Shown here piece after piece: positions 1 through 8,112 of a DNA stretch of 45,667 bases. Position numbers and translations under genes: made by a program. The notes under the pieces are model-generated. The model made no database searches and had not been told where the DNA came from. It worked only from the letters and a program-made list of their open reading frames with translations. Source of the DNA: Planctomycetota bacterium (GTDB taxonomy: Bacteria > Planctomycetota > GCA-002687715 > DRQF01); contig JAZGFI010000116.1 of the NCBI GenBank assembly GCA_036479435.1, positions 1 to 45,667 of the forward strand. The letters run 5' to 3'. The first letter of the stretch is position 1. Every line of letters begins with the position of its first letter.

Positions 1-124
1 ACAAGACTCGCAATTCGAAGGCGCTATTCTCCGCATCAAACCTACGCCCCGCCTCTAAACCACCTTTGAGGCTCGTTGGCCTTGCCTGAAGGGATGGCGA
101 GAACCAGCAGATGCGGAATCGCTG
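1..124 (+). mobile_element. End of a multicopy element, probably the right end of an IS1380-like IS (transposase C-terminus plus terminal inverted repeat)
   Basis: Positions 1-124 are the exact reverse complement of 45542-45665. Read inward, one frame gives ...QDSQFEGAILRIKPTPRL-TAA (stop at 56-58), and the shared sequence ends ...GATGCGGAATCGCTG. The terminus CAGCGATTCC resembles IS1380-family CnnnrATTC ends. The repeat is certain; the family is inferred. Confidence 0.5.
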
Positions 125-141
125 GGGTCTCCGTTTTGCAC

Positions 142-169
142 TTGACACGGCCCTCAATTCCGGCACTAT
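142..169 (+). promoter_or_regulatory. Candidate sigma70-type promoter
   Basis: Perfect TTGACA (142-147), 16-nt spacer, weak -10 CACTAT (164-169). It points into a non-coding stretch. Confidence 0.3.
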
Positions 170-353
170 CGAGAAGAAGTGACAAGCGGCGGTTGGGTCT
201 CGGTTGTGTTCTAAAACACTTAAAAACCCTTCCTTCCTCTCTACGCCTGAAATCATTCCAGGGCGCGGCCGTCGTTTGCTTTCTTTCTTCGCTCAGGCTT
301 ATTCAAAAACAACATGAATCGCGCCGCGGGCACCCGCATGTATAGAGCCTTGT

Positions 354-415
354 ACGATTGGCGAAAGCTAATTGTTCTTCCATCACGATTGGCGATAGCT
401 AATCGTTCTTCAATC
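354..415 (+). repeat. Tandem 31-bp duplication, each copy forming a hairpin
   Basis: ACGATTGGCGAAAGCTAATTGTTCTTCCATC (354-384) and ACGATTGGCGATAGCTAATCGTTCTTCAATC (385-415) differ at 3 positions. Each folds into a 9-bp stem with a GAAA or GATA loop. Confidence 0.85.
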
Positions 416-938
416 GAATGCGTATCCGCTTCTCGTTGTCCATCGATGAAAAAAGAAACTGCTTCGCCTTGGCCTTGCCGACTTTGAGGTCGAAGAAGTT
501 CATCTGTCCCGGTTGGGCCTCGTTGAACACGCGGTGAGAGATGATGATCTCTTGTTGAGTTTTTGGAAGCGGGCACTCGAAGTAGAGCCACACTTCAGGA
601 CCGTCCATCTCGAATCCCACCCAACTTAGCTTGAAGGGTTTTTGCTTCAGGTTGAGGATTTCGAACTCTTCATTGAGCCAGCCAAAAATGACGGCGTCGA
701 GACCCTTTGGTTTCGCAAGGTCGATCTTTTTCCCCTGAAGGCGGGCGACTTGTTCTTCGAGTTCGATGGCGTCGAGGCAGAGCGCTAATTCCAGCGATGA
801 TGTCTTTTCGTTCCATTCAGCCTCGCCGTGGGAACTGAGGACCGGATGCCTCGTGGCGGCGAGACAGCAGAGGCTCAAGATGATGAGGCCCAGCGGGGCC
901 AGTACGCGAGGGAACAGCCGGTGGCCCCGCGCACTCAT
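399..938 (-). CDS. DUF6702-like exported protein
   Basis: Signal peptide, then HPVLSSHGEAEWN...LELAL and WVGFEMDG..VWLYFE. It lies directly downstream of an M1 peptidase, the usual context for DUF6702. Start uncertain (938 or 962). Confidence 0.7.
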   Translation of the reverse strand: MSARGHRLFPRVLAPLGLIILSLCCLAATRHPVLSSHGEAEWNEKTSSLELALCLDAIELEEQVARLQGKKIDLAKPKGLDAVIFGWLNEEFEILNLKQKPFKLSWVGFEMDGPEVWLYFECPLPKTQQEIIISHRVFNEAQPGQMNFFDLKVGKAKAKQFLFSSMDNEKRIRIRLKND

Positions 939-961
939 CGAAGTTTGACCCCGTCTCAGCA

Positions 962-3328
962 CTATCGGGAGTTCTCTTGCTCGGCTTTTCGCATCGGATT
1001 GCTGCCCCGTCTGGCTTTGCCTTCCTTGAAGATCTTGAAGCGCGACTTCTTCGCGCGCGGCGGCCAGTGGTTGTTGCTTAGATCGGTGTCGGCCGTCTCA
1101 AGATGTGGGTCAAGCACGATGGCCTTCACTTCTTTGGTCGTGGCGATGAGCTTCGATACGGCCAGGGGGCTTTTGCGCCAGATCTCTGCGGGGATGCGGA
1201 TCTCTTCTTTTTGGCCGTCGACATACTCAAGTTCAAGGATGACCGGCATCACGAGACCGCCGATGTTTTCGAGGTCGATGCGATAAAACAGTCGACGCGA
1301 CTTCAGCAAGGCCAAGTCTTCAGGCTTCATCTTGGCCATCATCTTGTCAAAATTACGGCGCTCGTCGGGGGTGACGTCGAGGGGGTCATAGCGGTTGTAG
1401 AAGTCCAAGACTTTGGCATCGCGGTCGCTGAACTTGGGTTGGTTGCGATTGCGCTTTTCCGAAAGCGTTTCGGGTCGCGCCGCGCGCTCGGCTTTGGACA
1501 GAGCTTTCGACGATTCGGGGTTGAGCTCATCGGGCTCGAACACCGCGACGCCACGAAGGGCGATATCGCAATGATCAGTGCTGTAGAACCAGCCGCGCCA
1601 AAACCAATCCAAGTCGATCCCCGAGGCATCTTCCATCGTGCGGAACAAATCCGCGGGTTCAGGTCTTTTGAACATCCAGCGGCGTGCGTACTCGCGGAAA
1701 GCGAAGTCAAAAAGTTCGCGGCCGAGGATCGTCTCGCGGAGAATGTTGAGAGCCGTGGCGGGTTTGGCGTAAGCGTTTGATCCGAAGTTAAGAAGCGAAT
1801 CCGAGTTGGTCATGATCGGAACTTGGTTTTTGCTCTTCATGTAGTCAACGATCTTGAAGGGCTCGCCACGGCGAGAGGGGTATCCCGGTTCCCATTCTTG
1901 CTCGGCGATGAACTGGACGAAAGTGTTGAGCCCTTCATCCATCCAAGTCCACTGGCGTTCGTCGGAATTGATGATCATCGGGAAGTAGTTGTGACCGACT
2001 TCGTGGATGATGACCGAGATCAAGCCGTACTTGGTGCGTTTGGAGTAGGTGCCGTCTTTTTCGGGTCGCGGCCCGTTGAAACAAATCATGGGGTATTCCA
2101 TGCCGCCGACCGGGCCGTTCACCGAGATGCTGGTGGGGTAGGGGTAACCGAAGGTGAACCGCGAGTAGACATCGAGCGTGTGCACGATGGCCTTAGTGGA
2201 ATAGCGGCTCCAAAGCGGTTCGCCCTCATTCGGGAAAAACGACATGCACATGACGTTCTTGCCCATGACGTCGTGGCCGATCGCGTCCCAGGCGAATTTA
2301 CGCGAAGAGGCGAATGCGAAGTCGCGCACGCGTTCGGCTTTGAAGTACCAGGTTTTCTTGTCGCTGGCGCGGATCTTCTCGTTCTCGCGCGCTTCTGCCG
2401 GGGTCACGATCAAGACCGGCTGTTTGGCGTTGCGGGCGGTAGCGAAGCGTTGCTTTTGCTCGGCCGTCAACACCTCGTCTTGGTTTTGAAGGACGCCGGT
2501 GGCGGCGACGATGTGGTCGCCCGGGACGGTGATGCGCACTTCGTAGGTGCCAAACTCCAGGGTGAATTCACCGGCGCCGAGAAACTGTTTGTGCTGCCAG
2601 CCATTGACATCAGTGTAGGCCGCCATGCGTGGAAACCAGTGGGCCATCTCGTAGATGTAGTTGCCATCGGCTTCAAAGAACTCAGCGCCCGTGCGCGAGC
2701 GCACGACGCTAGAGATGTTGATGTTGTAGCTCCAGTCGAGGCTGAACTTCGTTGTGGCGCCCGGCTTCAAGGGTTGAGGGAGGTCGATGCGCATCATCGT
2801 TTTCACCACGGTGTGCTTGAGCACCGCACCTTTGGCATCGGTGACCTTGCCAATCTTGACGCTGCCGTCGAAGTTCTCGCGCGCGATCATCTGTCGCAAC
2901 TGGTGAACCGACATCTGAGAGCTAGGTCCGCCAGACGTCGCCGTCAGACGCCCATCGCTATCGGGGGCCAAGGCGTTGTTTTCGACTTGCAACCACAAGT
3001 AGCGCAGGGTGTCGGGAGAGTTGTTTTTGTAGGTAATGGTTTCGCGACCCATGAGCCTTTGGTGGTTGTCGTCGATTTCGACGTCAATGACGTAATCCGC
3101 GCGTTGCTGCCAGTATCCCGCCGCGGGGGCTCCAGATGCGGTACGGGCCGCGTTGGGCGTCGGTAAGATCTCTTCTAACTGGCGAAACTTATCGTCGAAG
3201 TCGAGTTTCTCGATCTCTTGCGCCAGTGCCGAAGAAAGGGCGAGGGCGGCAAAGGCGCTGGCGAAGAGCCATGAACAAACAAAACGGCTAAGCATGGGCT
3301 TCGCTCCGAAGGTGCGAGATGGGTTCAT
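962..3328 (-). CDS. M1 family zinc aminopeptidase, exported
   Basis: GGMEYP exopeptidase motif, HEVGH plus downstream WMDEG zinc ligands, N-terminal signal peptide. The start at 3328 overlaps the msrB stop (ATGA). Confidence 0.92.
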   Translation of the reverse strand: MNPSRTFGAKPMLSRFVCSWLFASAFAALALSSALAQEIEKLDFDDKFRQLEEILPTPNAARTASGAPAAGYWQQRADYVIDVEIDDNHQRLMGRETITYKNNSPDTLRYLWLQVENNALAPDSDGRLTATSGGPSSQMSVHQLRQMIARENFDGSVKIGKVTDAKGAVLKHTVVKTMMRIDLPQPLKPGATTKFSLDWSYNINISSVVRSRTGAEFFEADGNYIYEMAHWFPRMAAYTDVNGWQHKQFLGAGEFTLEFGTYEVRITVPGDHIVAATGVLQNQDEVLTAEQKQRFATARNAKQPVLIVTPAEARENEKIRASDKKTWYFKAERVRDFAFASSRKFAWDAIGHDVMGKNVMCMSFFPNEGEPLWSRYSTKAIVHTLDVYSRFTFGYPYPTSISVNGPVGGMEYPMICFNGPRPEKDGTYSKRTKYGLISVIIHEVGHNYFPMIINSDERQWTWMDEGLNTFVQFIAEQEWEPGYPSRRGEPFKIVDYMKSKNQVPIMTNSDSLLNFGSNAYAKPATALNILRETILGRELFDFAFREYARRWMFKRPEPADLFRTMEDASGIDLDWFWRGWFYSTDHCDIALRGVAVFEPDELNPESSKALSKAERAARPETLSEKRNRNQPKFSDRDAKVLDFYNRYDPLDVTPDERRNFDKMMAKMKPEDLALLKSRRLFYRIDLENIGGLVMPVILELEYVDGQKEEIRIPAEIWRKSPLAVSKLIATTKEVKAIVLDPHLETADTDLSNNHWPPRAKKSRFKIFKEGKARRGSNPMRKAEQENSR

Positions 3329-3999
3329 TTGGTTTTGCTGGCGGGGGTCGCAGGAAGGGACTTGGCCGGCCAAGGTTTGCCGGCCGGTACGAAGTTCAAG
3401 GACACTGAGTTGATGCAATGGCGCATGCCGGTTGGCGTCTGGTAGCCGTCGTTGAAGATGTGGCCCAGGTGAGAGGCACAGCGACTGCAGTGAACTTCAG
3501 TGCGAGGGCCGCGTCCTTTGTAGTCGACGGTGGTCTCGATGTGTTTGGAGTTCGCCGCTTCGTAGAAACTCGGCCACCCGGTGCCGGAAACGAACTTTGT
3601 CTTCGAGTCGTAAAGAGGAAGGCCGCACACGGCGCAGAAATAGCTACCCTCTTTTTTGTTGTCCCAGTAGAGCCCTGATCGTGAAGTTTCGGTGTCGGCT
3701 TCGCGCGTCACGGTGCGAGCCTTCTCGCTCAAGTCAGCGGCCATTGCGTCGGCGTCGGCATCTGAGATGCGTGTGAGGTCATGTCCTTCGTAGGAGGGCT
3801 GAGGTCCGGACGAGTCGCCGCTCGCAGGCTTGACGCCCGTCGGTCGCGATATCGGTGTTGACGACAGGGCGCCATTTCCGGCTTGGCTCTCGTCTACGGC
3901 ACTTGAGCCGCAGGCAGCCAACCCGAATAGGCCCAGGGCTAGGCCAAGGGAAAGGGCTAGTTGGCGCGGATTAGATGGGCGTGAGCAATTCATTGGCAT
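3325..3999 (-). CDS. msrB: Peptide-methionine (R)-S-oxide reductase with lipoprotein signal
   Basis: CAVC and CSRC zinc pairs, KFVSGTGWPSF, HLGHIFNDG, RHCINS catalytic motif. Lipobox LAAC. GGAGG RBS before the ATG at 3999. Confidence 0.93.
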   Translation of the reverse strand: MPMNCSRPSNPRQLALSLGLALGLFGLAACGSSAVDESQAGNGALSSTPISRPTGVKPASGDSSGPQPSYEGHDLTRISDADADAMAADLSEKARTVTREADTETSRSGLYWDNKKEGSYFCAVCGLPLYDSKTKFVSGTGWPSFYEAANSKHIETTVDYKGRGPRTEVHCSRCASHLGHIFNDGYQTPTGMRHCINSVSLNFVPAGKPWPAKSLPATPASKTK

Positions 4000-4316
4000 T
4001 GTTACCTCCGCGTCATTGTGGGGGCGAAGCGGCGTTCTGAAAAGTCCAATTGCTACAATTCTCGGCTTCAACAAGGGCTCCGAGGAGGTCTACGCTCCGA
4101 AATCCCCAACCATTCATAGGTACAATAGAAGGCCAGCTTCCCCGGCTGACTTCCTCGAGTGGTGAAAAAAAACAAAATTCGGGGGGGTTATGGTCGAGTT
4201 TTCGTTCTTTTCCCACTGTGAAAAGGACAGGCGCGTCGACTTGGGCTGGCAGCTTGTCTCATCGGGAGTAAGTTCGGCCCGAATCGGCTTGTAAGCATGG
4301 GGAGCATGAACTCGCA

Positions 4317-6461
4317 ATGAAGGCCAAGGGTATCTCCCGTTTCTTGCTGTCTTGGATCACCGTCGTCGGCGTCACCAGCTTGGTGATCAGCCGCGCATCG
4401 GCCCAATTTGCCGGCTCCAAAGATGTCTCGAAATCTGGCTACTCGCTGCCGCAAGTCGATGAGGTGCACCTTCAGTCCTACGAAGACTTCAAAAAGTTCA
4501 TGGCCGCTAAGCAATGGTCGCGGGCTTTTCGATCTATTGCCTCCCAGCTCGATGACCCACCCCAAGGTTGCTTGCCGGTCCTCGCCGGTACGGCATTTTC
4601 CTGGCGCCTGCGCTTGTGGCGGGACTTTGCCGAGATGTCCGGTGACGGGAGGCGAGCCTTTCGTTTGTTCTACGACGCCCGCGCGGGCAAGGCCTTCGCC
4701 CAGGCCCTGGCGCAAGCCGATGTCAAGCAACGCCGGCTCGCCTTGGAGCGGCTCTACTTTTCGTTTTTCGTGACGCGGCATGGCGACGACGTTGCCTTCG
4801 CTTTGGCTCAAGAGGCCATGCGCGCCAACCAGCCGAATGAGGCTCGCGGCTACCTCGAGGCCATCTTCGAATACCATCTCGACTCGGATCTCGACTTGCC
4901 GGTCGTTTTTGCTTTGCACCTGAAAGCTCTGTCCGCGACGTCTGGCAAGGATGAACTGACCGAGGCTGCCGAGTACGCCGAAGACCGCTGCGGCGACGAC
5001 GAGTTCGAGATTGATGGCGAATTGTTGACCCTCGGTGCCTACGCGACAAAGCTCGCGGAGTCTCGCTTGGGCAATGGCGAGCCGGCCCGGGATTATTGTG
5101 ATTTTGAGTTTGGCGACGAGCCGAATCGGCAGTGGACCGTCAAGCTCGATCCCATGCGAACGAACAACAGCCAAGGCTGGATTCCCGTGCTTTCGGTCGA
5201 TTTGCCGGATGTTTGCCTCCATCGCGAACGACTGTTCGCCAATCACGGTGGCGTTCTAAAGTGCTTTGACGCGGCGACCGGAGAGTCCATTTGGTCCAAA
5301 GGCCGCTCGATATCAAATCAGCAGGGGGTTTTGAACGGCCGCTGTTTCGTTGTGCCAGCTGGCGACCATGTCCTGTATTCAAGTCCTCCCGGACTCACTT
5401 TTGCTCGTAAGGGCAAAAAGCAGATTCGCATGAAATGCCTCGACGCGGCAACCGGCGATACGATCTGGTCGACGCGCACAATCGATGGCATCCGGCACCA
5501 CTCTTTGGTGTCGCGCCCTGTGGTTTGCGGTGGCAGAATCTTCGTCGCCGCTTGCCCTCAGGGCGTCTCCAAACTCGAACTCCTGATCTTAGATCTCGCC
5601 ACCGGCGAGCTGGAGATTTCCATTGAACTCGGGAGTCCGGGGCAGATCGGGTCACAGCGCGTGTTTTGGATGGGGCAGAACGCTCCATCTCTGGCCCGCA
5701 TGAGCCCGACTCTTTATGTGATCGATAGCAAGATCTATATCTTGACTGATGGTGGCGCCGTGTTGGCGCTAAACTGGGTAACCCGGCGTTTATTGTGGGC
5801 GCACTTTTACCCCTTGTCGGCTCGAAATGACGCCACAACGTCGCCGGCCAGCGGGATCATTGAAGACAACGTGCTCTACTTTCGGGCCCGAGGTTTGAAG
5901 CGCTTGGTCGCTTTGGATCTCAGCAGCGGTGATCGGCTTTGGGAGCGGTCTTGCCGCTACAACGAGAGCCTGGTCGCCATCGATGAGCATCGTTTCTACT
6001 TGATGGGCCACGGTCTCCGCGCTCTGGATCGGGGGACGCGCGATCCATTGTGGTCAAATCCCGCGATTCGTCGAGGGAGCGGTCCAGGGCGTGTCGTCCA
6101 AACCGACGGCAGCTTGGTCCTCGTTCACCGCAAGAGCGTCTGTCTCGTTGACAAGCAAAGCGGTGACATCTCCAGCTCTTGGCGAAACGTCTTTAAGGCG
6201 GGTTCCAAGCCGGCGGAGACCAAGGACAGCAAGAAGCCCGCGGACGCCGAAGTAGGCGGCGACAAAAACGCGAAGAACGCGGCCAAACTAAAAAAAATCA
6301 AGCGTAAGCTCCGACTCAAGCGGCGTCGCCGCGGAGTTGTTAAGCAAACGATGGGCGGATCTGTCTTCGTCGCTGGCAACCGCATTATCGCGGCCTGCGC
6401 GTCCGGCATCGTCTGCCTGACTGAAGAAGTGAAGTCGGATTCTGAAAAATTAGGGAAGTGA
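4317..6461 (+). CDS. Exported PQQ-like (BamB-type) beta-propeller repeat protein with helical N-terminal region
   Basis: Signal peptide and repeated propeller motifs: CFDAATGESIW, CLDAATGDTIW, ALDLSSGDRLW, ALDRGTRDPLW. Confidence 0.8.
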   Translation: MKAKGISRFLLSWITVVGVTSLVISRASAQFAGSKDVSKSGYSLPQVDEVHLQSYEDFKKFMAAKQWSRAFRSIASQLDDPPQGCLPVLAGTAFSWRLRLWRDFAEMSGDGRRAFRLFYDARAGKAFAQALAQADVKQRRLALERLYFSFFVTRHGDDVAFALAQEAMRANQPNEARGYLEAIFEYHLDSDLDLPVVFALHLKALSATSGKDELTEAAEYAEDRCGDDEFEIDGELLTLGAYATKLAESRLGNGEPARDYCDFEFGDEPNRQWTVKLDPMRTNNSQGWIPVLSVDLPDVCLHRERLFANHGGVLKCFDAATGESIWSKGRSISNQQGVLNGRCFVVPAGDHVLYSSPPGLTFARKGKKQIRMKCLDAATGDTIWSTRTIDGIRHHSLVSRPVVCGGRIFVAACPQGVSKLELLILDLATGELEISIELGSPGQIGSQRVFWMGQNAPSLARMSPTLYVIDSKIYILTDGGAVLALNWVTRRLLWAHFYPLSARNDATTSPASGIIEDNVLYFRARGLKRLVALDLSSGDRLWERSCRYNESLVAIDEHRFYLMGHGLRALDRGTRDPLWSNPAIRRGSGPGRVVQTDGSLVLVHRKSVCLVDKQSGDISSSWRNVFKAGSKPAETKDSKKPADAEVGGDKNAKNAAKLKKIKRKLRLKRRRRGVVKQTMGGSVFVAGNRIIAACASGIVCLTEEVKSDSEKLGK

Positions 6462-6465
6462 AATC

Positions 6466-7278
6466 ATGCTCTTGCACCTGAAAGCATCTCAACTGCTGCC
6501 ACTGTTGCTGACGAAAGTCCTCGTTGTCGGCTTCGCTCTGACCCTCGCTTTGGAAGAGGGGCCACTGCCTTCGGCCCGGCTTTTCGGGCAGGGCATCTCC
6601 GTGAACGGTCATGCTTCGGTCCCGACAAAGGCCGTCCGTCTGGTGGTTCGCGGCAAGCTCGAAGTCAAAGCTGAAATGGCGGGAGACGCGCTGCAAGAGT
6701 TTGCAAATGCCCGGGCTCGAGTCCTAAAGACCCTCGGTGGATTGGAGATTCAGGGCCTGTCGGTTTCCGGTGCCGGTCTCAAAGTGGCCATCAAAGACGC
6801 TGCAGGCGGCGGCCAGCACAATCCCTTCGGCGGGGGTGGCGCAGCCGAGCCCGAGCCCGAGGTGGTGATCACTGAGATGATTGACATCCGAGTTGTGGGC
6901 CTGGACAAGATGGACGACAAGGCCCAACGCAGCCTCATCGCCAAGATTTTGGATGAGAGCAAAGAGGCGGGGCTCGACTTTCTTGGGGGCGGTTCCAATC
7001 AGGTTTGGAACTCGCCACCCACCAAAAAATCGTTGGCGAACCCGGGCATTGCTTACGGTCTTCCTCCGGCCGCGGAAATCGAAGATCAAGCCTTTAAGAT
7101 CGCTTTGGACGATGCTCGTGCACGGGCGGACCGACTCGCTCGTCTTGCCGGAGTAACGTTGGGGCCGGTTACGAGTATTCAAGCTCTGGGCGATGCTCCG
7201 GGGGCGTTAAGTCTTGACGCGAGCGGCGTTCACAAGGTTCAACTCCGAGTAGTTTTTGCAATCGCTGCGGCGAAATAG
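6466..7278 (+). CDS. SIMPL domain (DUF541) protein
   Basis: ISVNGHASV N-terminal strand, ALDDARARADRLARLAGVTLGPVTSI, and C-terminal VQLRVVFAI. Confidence 0.8.
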   Translation: MLLHLKASQLLPLLLTKVLVVGFALTLALEEGPLPSARLFGQGISVNGHASVPTKAVRLVVRGKLEVKAEMAGDALQEFANARARVLKTLGGLEIQGLSVSGAGLKVAIKDAAGGGQHNPFGGGGAAEPEPEVVITEMIDIRVVGLDKMDDKAQRSLIAKILDESKEAGLDFLGGGSNQVWNSPPTKKSLANPGIAYGLPPAAEIEDQAFKIALDDARARADRLARLAGVTLGPVTSIQALGDAPGALSLDASGVHKVQLRVVFAIAAAK

Positions 7279-7290
7279 CGAGAGGACGCG

Positions 7291-8112
7291 ATGTTAGATC
7301 GAATGAACCCGCCTCTCCTCATGTTGCTAACGCTCCTTTTGGGACTGAGCGGCTTGGCCAGTGGCCAGCAAGTTCGAGAGATCATTGTTGCTGGAGCAGG
7401 GCAGGCTCAAGCACCTGCGGATTGGGTTGAGGTGCGAGGGGCGATCAAGCGCGATAGCAGCCTTAGCGGTAAAGCTATCCGCGGCTACGGCAAGTTTCGT
7501 AGGCGTGTTCTCGCCAAACTCAAAGCCGCAGAAATCCTCAATCTTAGCGTGAAGGCCAAGGGAGCTAAGTTCAGTTTCAGCGACTCTATGGCTCACGGCA
7601 ACGTGCTGATCTTGGCGGTCGGCGGGGGTGCTGAAGCCCCAGAAAGTGAACCCCGCATCAAGATCGCGGAAATCGTGGTCTTGCGCCGCGAAGGGCTTGC
7701 GGATCTAAGCGCGAGCGAACGCCGCTCCGCCATTGGCAAGATGGTCGATGCCGGACGCAATTCGGGGCTCAAGTTTAGAGATAAGACCTCCTATGGGTTT
7801 GGAAATGTCATCGCGGCCGGGGGCCTTGTGATGAACGGAGCGGCTATCCAGTTTGATGGAGCCAGAACCCCTAGGCGCGTCAACAATGCGGTTGTCTTCG
7901 GGGTGAACGACGGCAGAGAACTCCAATTTCAAGCGCTGCAGGCGGCCATCGCTGAGGCCAAGCGCCGGGCCGTCCAAATCGCGGCCAGGTCAGGCGTCAC
8001 CCTCGGCCGGCTTTTGTCTCTAAGCGTCACTCAAGGTGAACTCATCGGCGACTCGAACTGTTTGAGGGTCGAACATCGAGTGAAGGTGAAAGCGCACTAT
8101 GCCATCCGTTAA
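7291..8112 (+). CDS. SIMPL domain (DUF541) protein, paralogue of the upstream gene
   Basis: Signal peptide, IIVAGAGQAQAPAD, AAIAEAKRRAVQIAARSGVTLGRLLSL, and VKVKAHYAI. Confidence 0.8.
   Translation: MLDRMNPPLLMLLTLLLGLSGLASGQQVREIIVAGAGQAQAPADWVEVRGAIKRDSSLSGKAIRGYGKFRRRVLAKLKAAEILNLSVKAKGAKFSFSDSMAHGNVLILAVGGGAEAPESEPRIKIAEIVVLRREGLADLSASERRSAIGKMVDAGRNSGLKFRDKTSYGFGNVIAAGGLVMNGAAIQFDGARTPRRVNNAVVFGVNDGRELQFQALQAAIAEAKRRAVQIAARSGVTLGRLLSLSVTQGELIGDSNCLRVEHRVKVKAHYAIR

Noticed and set aside
1..124. Terminal inverted repeats of a linear plasmid or phage
   Set aside because: No replication, terminal-protein or virion genes are present. The content is chromosomal and the repeat length fits an assembly break.
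76..345. ORF starting MALPEGMARTSRCGIA, with the same N-terminus on ORF 44724-45590
   Set aside because: The shared N-terminus is only a translation of the terminal repeat, not a gene family.
354..415. Mini CRISPR array
   Set aside because: Only two directly abutting units with no spacer, and no cas genes.
1823..3166. Long antisense ORFs (also 4188-5246, 11011-12003, 15252-16238, 24254-24967)
   Set aside because: They are shadow frames opposite well-supported genes in GC-rich DNA and carry no motifs.
3325..3999. Selenocysteine-containing MsrB
   Set aside because: The catalytic position is an ordinary Cys codon and the ORF is uninterrupted.
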